A DNA stretch of 54,447 nucleotides, taken from Vicugna vicugna (taxonomy: Eukaryota). The stretch is taken from contig MU058844.1 of the NCBI GenBank assembly GCA_013265495.1, positions 8,555,260-8,609,706 on the forward strand. The letters are read 5' to 3'. A program made the position numbers and the translations under genes. Below the pieces are notes generated by a model. The model made no database searches and was not told where the DNA came from. It saw nothing but the letters and a program-made list of their open reading frames with translations. Positions 34,911 to 48,381 of this stretch are shown piece after piece; the stretch's first letter is position 1, and each line of letters starts with the position of its first letter.

Positions 34911-36782
34911 AAAATTTAAGGGCAGATTTCATTCATTTTTTGCATCCTTAAACTTTACTAGAGCTTGGAAAATAGACTTTTAGCCTAATTTCTTCCCTTA
35001 AACATGTGAATGAAAGCCAGAAAGAAAGAGAGGATGGGAATGAAGGAGGGAGGGAAAAAGGAAAGAAGAAAAAACAAAAGAAAAGAAATAATATATCCCC
35101 AATAGAACTTCACCTTATCAGGTAGAAGCCCTAGCACATAAAAATCCAGTACATAATAGTGTTCTCTGTTATATTAGAGAAGACATATAAAGGGCATTTA
35201 ATAAATGTTTTGAACAAATCTGAATTATAATGGTTGAGAACTTAGCTATTAATCAACTCACCAATGACTAATCTAGATAGATAATTACAATCAATTTAAG
35301 TAAATTGTATTATCTATGGTAGTTGGAAATGAAATACTTTTGCTAATTAATTATCTTGGTTATGTTGTAAACCATATGACCCTCTGCAATTTTAAAGTAT
35401 TAGAATAAAATAAAATACTCTTTAAAATAATTTAGTTTGTTTAACAATCAAGAAAACCCCTAAAATTCTTGAAGTGAGTTCTATTATAAATATCTTTCAG
35501 AGCAATCAACTACAGAGACTCTTTGTAACAAAATGTCAGAGAACCCAAAATCTACTGTATTCTTTCTTGGAAAAATGGACTTATTCTACAAACGGAGATG
35601 CCACAAGTAAATTCTAGATTTAGGTATAATCTCCTTAGGAAAAACAAAACTTAGAGAGTAAGTGGAATTTGTTATGTGTTACTTTCAAAGCACACTGACG
35701 AAAAGATAACCTGTTTTAGCCAACTTCGTTGGGTTTTAAAGGACATCCTTGAGTAAAATGCAGAGGACTTACACCACCGCAGATAATTACCAGAGTGGGA
35801 TGGTTCGCAACGTGAGAAAACACGATGTCCTCGATGAAAGCACTGCAGGATTTCTCAGCCAGCAAGGGATTACAGTCATAAAGAAAGCTGCTCTCTTGAC
35901 AGTTTTAGGCTTTCTTTAACTAACTAAATGTTCATAGATCTCTTCTTAGTAGGAGTGGTGTAAGTGCATAGGTTTTTCTGTCAACTGTTTTCAAGGCAGA
36001 CAATCTAAACACTTTCACTTTAAGCCCTGCAGTTATACATTTATTGGCAAGCCTTTTTTTTTTTTTTTAATCTGAGAGAGAAATAGCATTAGGTTCTTTA
36101 GGTTAATACTCCAATTTCAAACACATTGCATCAGTACACCTGAAGTGCTTTGCTACTATGGTAACCCATAATTCTAAAGTGCACAGATGATATTTATCAT
36201 GCTCTATTTCTCACTTTGTGTAGGGGAGGAAGCTCCAAGCAGCTTCCTAAGAATAAAGGTAAAGAGCTAGGCCAGGGACTTGAGTGGGAGGACTGGAGAT
36301 AGATTGTCTGACTTTCAATTTCCTCAGTTTTCTCTCCTCCAAATTGACTGTCCGATGAGAAGCACTTTTTCTTAATGGCATAAAGATGGATCTCAATTAT
36401 CCATGATAATTGAGTTCAGAGTCAGAAAAAAATGAAATCCACTGGTAATCAAAAACACTAATTTAATTACAAGTTTCAATTTCCCCTCTCAACAATATTT
36501 AACAAATTTGTGGCAAAGAAACGAAGTGGAACTATTTCCTTTTTCCATGGTCACTCCTTCCCCTTTTCTGTCTCTGCTAGAAGCACCAAAGAAAACAAGG
36601 AGGGAGTTTTCTGGATAGTTCCCAAATTGGATAATCAACTTCTAAATGGCCTAGATTGAGAACAAGTTAAGTAAATTTTCTACACCAAGAAATATGTGCA
36701 CCACACAGTATTTTATTGTAATAATATATTTTTCCATCATAGATTTTGTTTTTTAGGTTACACATTTTGTGCTCATCAATTT

Positions 36783-36810
36783 AGTGTGTGCCCGTGTGTG
36801 TGTGTGTGTG
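36783..36810. repeat. (TG)n microsatellite
   Basis: Direct repeat visible. Confidence 0.85.
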
Positions 36811-39800
36811 AGGAGTTGATAGTGATTAGTGCATAATGTGACATGGGAATGCTACAATTCTTAATGACCTAACACTCATAGCACTTCTTTGCTCTTAAAC
36901 TTTTATCTAGATGAAACATCCTTGGTGTTTCCATACTATCAACAAATAGAATTGTGACCTTATATTGCAGTTTTGTTACTGAGTTCATGTGTCATGTTTT
37001 GTTTTGGTTCCAATAGTTACAGTCTAGTTTCTCTGTGAGTTGGGGACCTAACATTGAGTTATTTCCCCCTGCATCTTTCTAGTTTTATATTTAATGCTAG
37101 ATATAGCAAACAAGTAATAAGCCCAGTCTCATACACATACTGAGAAAAATTCTTATTTTATTCTTTTTCCAATTCTTTTAAAGACTGTGAGAGATTTCTT
37201 ATCATTCCCAAAGGTGTCAATTCTTTAATTGCAAAATATAAGCAAGCATATAAACTCTATAGTTCTTAGAAAAGTCATGATAACCTGTTTATCAAAGCAT
37301 CTTTGGAGAGTTAAATTGCTACTTTAGAACTTATTTGTCCTTAGCAAGTAAAATTTTATGTTTAAAACTTTCTTTTGTAATAGTGATCTGTTTGTAATCA
37401 GAAAAAGGTGCTCTATGGGTGGAAAATTCTTATTACCATGTTTCTGTTATGCACCAGTATTTAAAAACAAAACAAAACTTGATTTGCTTATATTTTCCAG
37501 ATGCCAATTCTTTACACAAATATTGACTGATTGGTGCATGTGAAAATTAATCATACATAAACCCTGTTCAAAAGAAATTATATATGAGGGTCATAGGGCA
37601 TGTATATAAATAACTAACATATTATAGAAAGTGAAAAAAACAGAAAAGAGTATAGATAAAACACTATGGAAGTTTAGAGGAATAAGAAATTATTAGAGAT
37701 TGGAAGAGTCTTTGGGAGGAGATTAATTAATTCATTCATCAAATATTTACTGTGCACCTACTGTATGCCAAGGAAGGCAGATATCACTCTTTCGCCTTAC
37801 AATTAAATGGGAGCTAGCAGTTGAGTTGGGCTTTGAAAATCAAGTAGGACCTAGAAGCACAAAGACAGACAAAAAGATTCTTACTTGACCTATGGTTTAC
37901 TTTTTCTCTCTCTATCTCCAATTATTTCCAAAGTTGCACTGCCTGGCTTTGGAACATCAATTTGACTTTCCCAACATTTAAAAAAAATACTGGCTTGAAA
38001 TAGCAAATAGACAAGCCTCTCTGATCTCTCCTCAAACGTATGAATGTGTGATCCATTTTCAGTAGAATCACAGCAATATCAGGAAAGCCTTTTGACTTCT
38101 AAGCACTTGTTGCAAGGAAAGCCTTTCCTGGAAGGATGAGTGATTTACAGATTCCCTTCTGTCCTATATACCCTGAGAGATTAGATGTTATGGGGTCCAG
38201 GATCATCTGCTTGTTGCTTTGTCTTCCCTGACTTTAACTGCCACCAGTATTTTAGAAGGGGGAAGACATATTTCTGTCACCTGAATCTTAACCTGATATG
38301 TATGCTGCCATGAAAAATAATGTGAATGAGGGCTTCGTGGGGTTGAATCAGTGCTCTCAGTATTTGCTTTAGCCACACTGTGGTAAAGTTGATTTTTTTT
38401 TCAGGTGGACATAACATTTGTTCTCTGGGGAAATGAAGTTCCAAATAGGCATGGTATAAGCAAACTTTTGGAAAATACTTACACTCACAAATGATGAGTA
38501 TAAGTGGCTGCATAGATTTATCAAGAAAATATGAAGTTTTGATAAACTTTCTTGTTTGGTATTTTGCTCAGAATAAGAAGTCTATCTTGAACAGCCGTGA
38601 AATAGTTAAATATAAACCATGAGGATCTTCTTTCAGCCTTGCCAGAGACTGGTATTCAGTAGGTAAAGAAGGCAATGACGTTTATTTATTGTGATAGTTG
38701 TTTTAACAGCCTCAAGGTTGATGCAGCCCTGGTTTTTGTTTTTTTTTCCCCCCTTTTCTCTATGTATGACTCAATTTATTTCTCTTTCTTCAGGCTCACA
38801 CAGAACTATAAAAGATGAATAATGCATGTAGAAAGTGTTTATAATTTCTTCCTCTAGGACAATTACTTTCATCAGTTATTAAGGGCAGCTAATCAATGTT
38901 GATTATCTGAAAATGGGCTGAGAAAATCAGAAACTTGGTAGATACATATGCAATGTATGTACTGAAGGCGATTAGTATGAATTAAGGAGCAAGTTAAAGG
39001 ATTTAAAAAAGGCTTTGAGGCTTTTTTTTTTTTTTATAATTTCAGTAAGCCTTTGATGTTTGAGTCAGGGATGCTGTCAGAGCAGGCTGTGAGACAGATA
39101 AGCCCAGAGTGAGCCAGGCTATTGGTGAGCAGCAGGTTAAGGTAGTGTAGCCAGAGTAGTTAGCAAGACCAGAAAGGATGACATGATGGAGAATTCATGA
39201 ACCGTGTGGGGATGTGGCTGACCTTGATTTTCTAGAGGATCGAGTGGATTTAGACGGATGTTGGGGAGCAGATGGCCCAAAGAGAAAACATGTAGCCTTG
39301 AGACTGCCTGTGGAACAAAACAGAAAGATGAGAGTTTGAGGGAAACTATATCCAGCATAAGGAAGTGTCACACAGGACTGTGGAGTCAGGTAACGAGCGA
39401 GTGTGGCAAGAGCAACACAGTGGGAGCAGCGATAGTGGCAATAATAAGACCAGCAGTAACCACTAAGGACTAGAAATGAAAAAAATTAGCCCCTTGAAAT
39501 AAATATATATGTAAAGATAGTAATCACAGTGTAGGACATATGGTAAGGATTCAACAAATAATATTTGAAGTTGAATCTGAAATGCAGAAAGACTGCAGCA
39601 ATCTGTAGCAGCCAACTTGCAAAGACTACTGTCATATTAAATAAAAGGATGACAAGAAAATATGTGACAATCCTAAGGGATCAGGAAAGAGACTCTGTTT
39701 CATCACTGCTGCCTAGACCTGGAAGACCTAGACTATCCTGAGAATGGTTTGATAGTAAATTGCATTTGGGGAATCTACTTCAGAAATTAAGCTTATTATG

Positions 39801-39949
39801 ACAAATTTTTATGTAAAATTGCATATGTAAACATTTCTCCCTATATCATTGTTGTTTTTTCCCCCCAAACTCGCCCCTTTTACAATTTTCAAGGTCTACT
39901 TTATAGGACTCTACATGTGTTGAAAATCGGATCATCCTAAAATAGATAC

Positions 39950-40740
39950 ACTGAACCATTCATTCCTTCATTTACTCAGCAATTATTTATTAAGTGTCTT
40001 TTAAGTGTCAGACATTATTAAACTTGTTGGTAAAGGGGGAAATTAAAACTTAGAAACATACCCTGAGAGCTCTGGAAGCATGAAAGAAGCAACTAACCCA
40101 CCTTAGAAGAGACACTTCACATGTGAGTGATCATTGGGAAGGTAAAGGTGGTGGGGGATGGACCTTTCGAGGCAGGAGGATTAGGCTGCAAGAGACTTGG
40201 AAATATGAAAGGGTCTGATGTGTTTGAGAAAAAGGTGAAAAAATAAATCCTGTGGCTAGAGCCTGGCATTCATCAAAATGAGACTCATTGGTATCGACTG
40301 TAAAGCTAAGAAGTTTAAGCTAAGAAGTTTAGGTCTCAGTCTTTATTCTGTCAAACCCATAGACATTTTGAACTATAGAAATAACCTGATCTGAATTATG
40401 TTCTAGAAAGTTAACTCCAGCAGCAGTTGGAAGATAGACTGATGGAAAGAAAATCCAGGCCTAGGAGGGAGAAAACAGAGACAGTTATTGCCATTTTTCA
40501 AGGAAGAGATCTGTGCTTAAATATAAAGGCAATGAGGATAGAAAACAGAAACCAGATTCAAAGGTGTTTCTTAAATAAAATCCATGAGATTTTTGTCTAG
40601 TTGGATGTGGGATGTGAGGGAAAAGAAGTAAATGAGACTGGTTTGAAAGTATTTACTCTGAGAAATGGAATCAATGGTGATGGAAATGAAGATTAATAAT
40701 AGAAAAGGCTGTTCAAAGGTGGGAGGCAGAGAACATTCTG
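39950..40740 (-). mobile_element. L2 3' fragment
   Basis: Starts cattcattccttcatttactcagcaattatttattaagtg (L2 tail) and continues with purine-rich L2 body sequence. Confidence 0.75.
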
Positions 40741-41424
40741 GATTAGCTGTGCTAGATCACTGCTTCTATAGAAAACCATTTTTATCCAACTGGCATCCAA
40801 ACAGGGACTAACACTGGCAGGGTGTCGCTTGGTAAGCCAGACTTAAACATAAAATGGAAATCACACATAAGAGATATGTTCAACTACTTATGCTTTGGCA
40901 CGGGTGGCAAGCAAATTTCTTATGCAGTGGTATGAGCAGTGGCAGCATCTCTTGTTTCCATATTTTTCCTTTAATGTTTTCCCAGGCATGGCAAGTTTTC
41001 CATATGCTCTGCTGGGTGGATTCTTGTTGCCATATGGCATCATGTAATATGGGGAAAAAAATCATAAAGATGTTTCTAATTGTCTAAAGGGATTGCTCCT
41101 GGAAAATCATAATTCCATGCTGGGTGGCAGCACTATTCTCACTGGGCAAAAACAAAGGTCAAGAAGCCATTGAAGTCTGGATGCTGAAGATCTAGTAACA
41201 CTCCTATATTTCTTAAACAATTTAAAAAGAAATTGGTCACAGCTTGATACTCTTGGAATAATTTTTTACCCTTGCTGTAGAGGAAAGTTAGACAGGGGCA
41301 CAGTGGCTGCTTTTGCTGACTTATCCTTGTAGAATCAAATATTTATCCCTTCTCAATTCAACTCAGCAAACCTTTTTATGAATATCTAGGTATTTGGAAT
41401 ATTAAAAAATGAATGGTCTTAGGA

Positions 41425-41655
41425 CATTGTGTGACTAGCCCCATGATTATGGTATCAGACAAATCTTTGTCTGAAGCCTGTTTTAGTGCTGTGTGTTCTC
41501 AGGCAGATCACGTCATTCCTTGAGCTACAGTATCCTCATCTCTAAGATGGAGATAATAGTGCCCACCTTGCAGAGATTTCAAGAACATTAGAAATAATAT
41601 CCGTAAATGCCTTATGACACTGCCTGTCACAGTAAATGGAAGTCATTGTTATTTT
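41425..41655 (+). mobile_element. MIR SINE
   Basis: Contains ggtatcagacaaatct...tcctcatctctaagatggagataatagtgcccacct...tgcctgtcacagtaa. Confidence 0.8.
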
Positions 41656-42139
41656 GGCTTTCACTTCTATGCCTATACCAAGCCTGGTAATTACCTTCAA
41701 TGATAAACAACTCTCAACTGTATTGGGATTTTATTCTTTTATTTTGTATGTGTTGAGCAAATATATTCAATGTGAACTTAGAAAGGTCCAAACTGCTGTT
41801 TTCACTAAATCTGAGATCCATGTGATGTTTTACTCACTGGAGCTTATGATAAGACTAAGTAGTTTAAAACATGAACATTGTGTGATCATTCAAAATGTTT
41901 CTTATTCTTCAAAATGATATGGTTTGGAATAACTGTATTGTGGTGAGGAAGTTTTATTTTATTAACAGGGAGATAGTGACCTACTTTTGAAAATGAACGT
42001 GCAGATTCTACAAAAAATCAATTCATCAAAATTAAAGATAGATGTTCAGCTATCGAACATTTCTGGTAGCAATGGCAGGATGCATGGATTTTTTTTTTTT
42101 TACCTATTATTAAGACTTTTGAAACACAGATTGACATTA

Positions 42140-42660
42140 CTCAGCTTTGTCTTGTTTTGATTTGTTTTCACTGAGATAATGCTGGAAACAAGGAACCACA
42201 AAGATCTCAACAAGGTCCAACAATAAACATTAATTTTTCTCCCTCATGAGTCTCCAGGTCAACTACTGTTTGACTGATCTTACTTGAGCTAGTGTAGGCT
42301 AAACCCCTGGCTTTGGTTTGGATTCAATTTCATGACACGTGCTCATTTCCAGGGTTCAGGCTAAAGGGGAAAAGGCTAGGTGGGGCACATTTTTCTGGCA
42401 GAGGCTAAAAATTCCAGGAGGCCAAGTCAAATGACACAGTTACCACTACAGCCTACCACAGTATGTGGTGTGTATTATCTTTACTTATGCCCCGCCTGCC
42501 AAGGCAGATCAAACACCTAAGCCAAATGTTACTGGGGTTGGGACATATGCACCATGTCGAAGGAAGGTACCCCAAATCACACTCTAAAGGGAATGGATGC
42601 AATTCTATTAGAAGGCAGTAATGAAGAGTTGGGAGCAATGACCCAATATACCACATTATA
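42140..42660 (-). mobile_element. Old MaLR LTR (MLT1K-like)
   Basis: Contains gggttcaggctaaaggg...ggcagaggc...caggaggccaagtcaaa...gccaaggcagatc. Confidence 0.6.
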
Positions 42661-44079
42661 CTGATTGAATAAAAATGATGTTGATTCAAACACACAATGA
42701 ATCAAATAAGCTTTATGTTATTCTCTTTAGAAAAGGCTAACAAGAATGCACTTAATAATTCCTGCCCTTTGGAACAATGACTATACAGTTTTTATTTCAC
42801 ATAATAGGTACTTACTGAAGACCTACTTCCAGGGCTGCTTTGTAAGGCAGCGCTGGTGGAGTTCAAGCTTCCCATGTGAATGCAGCCCCCTGAGACTATG
42901 AATGGAACGTTACTTTTTTACAATAGATCTTTTTGGTCCATTTTAAACTTTGTAGCCTGGATATGCATAACTTAGTTAACAAAATAATTTAAAAATTTAA
43001 AATAATTTTAAATAATTAAAATTTAAGGCTTGAAACAGTAATTGCATGGAAACTTCACAAATCCATGCCAGAGAATTGAACCCTAGATCAAGACTGGTGT
43101 TGGCAAAGGCAAGCATGGTACCAAGTAACAAGCACAAGCAGATCATTGGTCAGACTCGGAGATAGTAGGTGAGATGTCATAACGCACAGGCAGGGTACCA
43201 ATTTTAAACATGATGATGGAGAGTGTGAAATGTGAGCCCAGGGTGCACACATATGAACCATTCAGTACAAGGAGTAAGGCTGTTGAACCCATGAATGTTT
43301 GAGAAGCTGAGTCTTATCTGATAGGATCTGTGATTCCTGCACCAGAGGAAGACTGAATTAAACCAGCACCATCATGGTCTATGCAAGTGTCTTAGAGTTT
43401 TGCTTGGGGTTCTATGGGAATACAGAGGATGGAACAGAGTTAAATGAAAAAGAATGTGATGGAACATTATGAAGCACTAGACTCCACTGCCAATCGCAAA
43501 TACCTATTGAACAGGAAGATGTTGAGTTCTGCACCATTCTCATTAGAAGACAAGAAAGAACTTTCAGCTATCAGAATATTTTGCTTACTCTACTTGATAG
43601 TATGAATAAGTAATTTATGTCTTTTATTATGAATAATTGGATTTTATTGTTTAGTAACACATTGTGTCAACCAAACTAGTTCTCAACCCTTATATTTATC
43701 TAGCTTCTGAATTTCTTTTGAACATTTCTAGAACAAGTGTGTGCTTTCATTTCCTTTCAAAAATGCATGAAAAAAGATGAAGTTGATATTGAAGAGATGA
43801 CATAATGTTATAAACTACTGAAGAACATGGAATTGGAGTAACTTAATATAATCATTTTAGGTTAAGAGAACAGAGCAAAGAGTTATCAGTCATGTGTGTT
43901 AACTATGTGCTTCCATTCACTGTATTTGGTTTAGTAGAACCTATGTAAATCAGAACAGCCAGAGAATGCACGTATATTGGAATTACTTCATCTGTTATCC
44001 ACTATTATTGAGCAAGTAACAAGTTGTTGTGAAGGTAAAATGTTCTACTCTTACACATCTGACCACATGCCAAAACTGT

Positions 44080-45245
44080 TTATTTCACTTCACAGCACTT
44101 CTGAAATCCAGCTTTTCATCTGTGTTTCCACAGCTATATTCTTTATCTAGCTACAGTAATTTCTGGCATAATGTCTCCAATCACTAAGTGACCTTTAAAA
44201 ATGCAAATGTTATCATGTCTCCTGCCTGCTTAAAACTCTTTACTGATTTGCATTGCTCTTAGAATAAAGGGAAGGATCCCTTTCATGGCCTCAGTGCCCT
44301 GTCTCAGTGGTCGCTGTCCACCTCTCTAGCCATATCTGTCACATTCTCCTTCCAGCAACTCAGACAGCTCACTCACTCTCACCTCCACCAGGGAGCTCCA
44401 GTTCACTCTCTCCCACTCCTTGCCTTTGTTGTAACTAACAAAACCGAACTCTAACTAATTTAAAGAGAAAAGAAATATTAAAAGATGTTTGGAGGCTCAC
44501 AGAATTATTGGGATGGCCCTGGAGAACAAAGCTTGTGGCCACGCAGCCAGAACCACATCCCAAATCTCTCCAGGCTTGGTGTGGTGCAGGCATCATGGTC
44601 CTCAACGCGAGCCCATATGTGGCTATTTACCTGCCAAGTCTGTTGCCCAAGCAACTCATTATTGCTGCATCAGCTGATACCTACAGAAAACATCCCTTCC
44701 ACTTCCCATTCATTTTGTGTCACTTGTTCCCAATTCAGTCTTCATATATGTATCTTAAAGGCACAGACATGCAAATGTGACTGTACTTTAGTTGCAAAGG
44801 ATGCTGTGAAAATGAGTATCTGGCAATTTTAACTTCTTTTCACTGGACTCTGCCCTTAGAAAAATGCATTAAATGGTAAAATTTCAAATTAAGAAAAGGT
44901 ATTTAGATGCTGTCTGGTCAAATAACTGTATTAGTAAATTCCTATTCATTTGTCCACACTCAGCTGAAATATAACTCTCTCAAGGATGTTTCTGTGGGTC
45001 ATCCCCTCCTCTCATTTTAGATCAGGTCTCTTAGTAGTTATACTCTCACAATACCCTCTACTTATTTTCCATAGCTTTAACACTATTGTTACCAAATTGT
45101 TAATAATTCCTGTCTCTCCCTGCTAGAATATAAGACCTGTGAAGACAGTTACTGTGTCTATCTTAGTCAAACCTTTACATCTATACATTAGATATCATAA
45201 ATGAGTGCCTAATAAATGTTTTCAGTGAATAAATGATGCATTGAA
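44080..45245 (+). mobile_element. L2 3' portion interrupted by an old MLT1 LTR (about 44425-44930)
   Basis: L2 motifs atcatgtc.ct..ctgcttaaa and ...gcctaataaatgttt..tgaataaatga. An MLT-like segment lies inside. Confidence 0.7.
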
Positions 45246-45358
45246 TGACATACCCCTCTTTAGAATGCTTTCCACACAATATTGTCTACAGGTTAAGGGA
45301 TCCTTTACTTGATGGCAGCTTATAGACTATCCATTTCTTTTGTTGAAAAACTGGGAAG

Positions 45359-46750
45359 TGTAAGGTTGGGGGAAAAAAACCCTTTTCCTCTACCCTCTTA
45401 AGTTCAGTAGCTGGAGTCTGCAAATTAAAATGACAAAAGATAGAATAACAGGAAAAGTTTTATTATGCATGCACATGGGGCCTTACAAAAAAATAGTGAA
45501 AGTCAAAGATATGATTGGGCTTGAGGGCTTGCATGCCATTTTAACAAAGGGCAGTAAATTGTGGAGAGGTGACATGATTAAGAAAAAGGAATTTTTTTTC
45601 ATTGCTGGTGGTAAGCAAAATGGTACAGGTTTTTTGGGCAGACAGTTTGGTGATTTTTTACAAACCTGAACGTAGTCTACCATGTGATTCAGTAATTGTG
45701 CTCCTTGGTATTTACCCAAAGGAGTTGAAAACTTACATCTACACAAACACTAGCACGTGAATGTTTATCACAGCTTTATTCATACTCCAAAACTTAGAAG
45801 CAACAAAGACGTCCTTCAATAGTTAAATGGATAAATAAACTGTGGCATAGCCAGACAATGGAATATTATTAACTAAAAAGAAATGCAAAGATATGGAGGA
45901 AACTTAAATGCATATTAATAAGTGAAAGAAACCAGTCTGAAAAGGCTATATACTGTATGATTCCAAATATATGGCATTCTGGAAAAGGCAACACTTTGGA
46001 GATAGTGAGAGAAAAAAAAAGATTAGTGGTTGCCAAGGGTTGAGGGTGGAAGGGTTTAATTGGCGGAGCTCAGAAGATTTTTAGGGCAGTGAAAATACCT
46101 TTATGATACCACAATGATGGATATGTATCATTATGCATTTGTCTAAACACACCAAGAGTGAACCATCGTATAAACTATAGACTTTGAGAGATCATAATAT
46201 GTTAATGTAGGTTCATCAATTATAACAAATGTGCCACTCTGGTAGGGGATGCAGATAATGGAGGTGGCTGTGCACATGTGGGTGCAGGGGGTATATGGGA
46301 AATCTTTGTAGCTTCTGCTCAATTTTGCTGTGACCCTTATAATACTCTAAAAAAAGTGTTAATAAATAAAAATTTTAAAACTGTAAAAAAAAAAAGAAAA
46401 AGGGGTTTAGGCTTCTATGAACAGCAAACTGTGGGAAGGTAAATATATGAGGAAAGCTAATGGAAGATAAAGGTTGTTTAGTAAGGTCTGTTATGCAGAC
46501 TAGAGTTATTGCCATCTCCAGTGATAAGAGTTGAGTTGTCTTCAGTGTTTAAGAGTCATTATCCTCTTCCTGGTATGGAAGAGGGGAGGGAGAACACCTT
46601 TATTGAGATAAATTTATGTCCTAATTTTAGGCAGAAAAGCAGAGTGCAGAGATTCCCTGTTGTGTCTGCTATTTCTTAATTGCCTTCAGCTCAAAATAAT
46701 TCTTAAGCCAAAGTGACATATTTTGAGGTAGCATATTCTGATCTGTTTCA
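45359..46750 (-). mobile_element. MER34-family ERV1 solo LTR split by an L1MC insertion
   Basis: The minus strand starts TGAAACAGATCAGAATATGCTACCTCAAAATATGTCACTTTGGC (MER34-like). TSD gaag/gagg. Confidence 0.8.
45596..46395 (+). mobile_element. L1MC1/2-type 3' end nested inside the MER34-like LTR
   Basis: Contains aaactatagactttg...gtaggttcatcaattataacaaatgtgccactctgg and an A tail. TSD about aagaaaaagg..ttt on both sides. Confidence 0.88.
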
Positions 46751-47469
46751 GAGGAAAAAAAACCCTATACATTAAACAAACTTGCACTAACAATTTAGGT
46801 TAAGATGATTCCAATTGAGCATGCATATAAAAGAAACTAATACTTCCTTTGGATTCATTTCTTACTTGTACTTTTATTACTTTGAGGTTTTTGCACTTAA
46901 ACTCATTTGTAGAACTTTCCCAATCCATGTTTTTGAGCTATGTGATCCAAGTCTCATACTTCTCCCTTAATTTCTCAAATTATCTTCTCTACCTGTCTTT
47001 TCCCTAGCTGTCCTAGTGGTTAGGCTTCTGAAGGACTCTGCACTGTTTTGATGGTTGATAATCTGCATTCTTACCAATAGGCAAGTTCTTGCTAGACAAC
47101 ACATTTTCATACAGATCATAGTTATAAAGATCATGTTTTTCAGAGAAGCAATGCCATAATTGTTGGTTTTATTTCTAATCAAGGGCTAAACAACATATAT
47201 AACAAATAAACTCACTAGCATACTACAACTATAAACTTTCATAGTCAGGCAAAGTAGGGAAATTATGCTCCAAGCCCTACAAATGAACTTAATTAAATAA
47301 GAAGTAGGTAAAGGGGCTCACTATTAAAATTTGCTAGATTTAAAACAGTATTCTAGCCATTGACTGGACAGTTTAACATGTATGAGTAGGTGAATAAATC
47401 TAGTTTTCTTGTTCATTCTGTTTTACACTTCCACCCTCTCTCTACTTGAGAATCACTACTGGAAAGGGC

Positions 47470-47780
47470 TCAGTTATTCAACAAGCATTTATTGACCCAC
47501 TCTATACAAGGTGCTGGATTACAGCGTTGAGCAAAACCTACCCTTCATTGTCCCTCACGGAACTTACAGTCTATGAAATCTTAGGAATTTTACTGAACTA
47601 TTGGCAGATATTTGTTAAAGAATCACACTGACATACAGTTACTCTACAATTATACAGTCACATAATGACTATCTGCTGTGAACGACAAATATGGGATGAT
47701 GAAAGTATCTAGTCTGGGAGAGTTAAGGAAAGATCCCTTGAACCATGATAAAGGCAAAAGTGCATGCAGGTGTAGGGTTG
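47470..47780 (-). mobile_element. L2 3' fragment
   Basis: Contains ttattcaacaagcatttattga...tccctcacggaacttacagtcta. Confidence 0.7.
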
Positions 47781-47884
47781 GGATGGGGGACTGTGGATGT
47801 GGTAAGACAGTAGCATTCACACTTGATGGCATTGGAAAGTGTCTGTGGACTGAACGAATAGAAGGTGTGTGTGTGTGTGTGCAT

Positions 47885-48381
47885 TGACTAAGAGTACTTT
47901 CTTGACCAAACTGTAGCCAGGCTCCTCTGAACTCTCTTCTCAAACAGGCTCTAACTTTTGATCTTCTGCACTCATCTCTGCATTGTACAGTTTAACCAAG
48001 AATCTTGCTAAGCCAGTTTAGCCAGGATCTTCCACCTTCAATATCTGATCAAGTTGCTCATTCTTCATTATTCCCCAGGTGATGTCTAATTCCCCTGGCT
48101 TGTCTTCAGCAAGAGTCTGATTAAGATTGTCAAAGTCAGAATCATCCCCAACCCCGGATGTTTCCTTTTAGTAATTTTCCATCCACCGACACTGTGCCCC
48201 GACCCCCAACCTTTTGGCTAGAAATTGCCATTTCTCCTCGTTCTATTCAGAATTGGGTCCAAAATCTCTCCCCTACTGCAAAACCCCATCGCGGTGGTTC
48301 ACCTGCTTACCGTAATAGTCCCCTTGAATAAAGTCTGCCTTATTATCTTTAACAAGTGTCGTGAATATTTTTTCTTTAACA
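47885..48381 (+). mobile_element. MER31-like ERV1 LTR, preceded by (TG)n at 47865-47881
   Basis: Contains tgactaagag..ctt.cttgaccaaact.tagccaggctcctctga...aataaagtctgcctta...tttctttaaca. Confidence 0.8.

Noticed and set aside
46866..46937. 72-nt open minus-strand segment ending in gtaaga
   Set aside because: The acceptor lacks a polypyrimidine tract.
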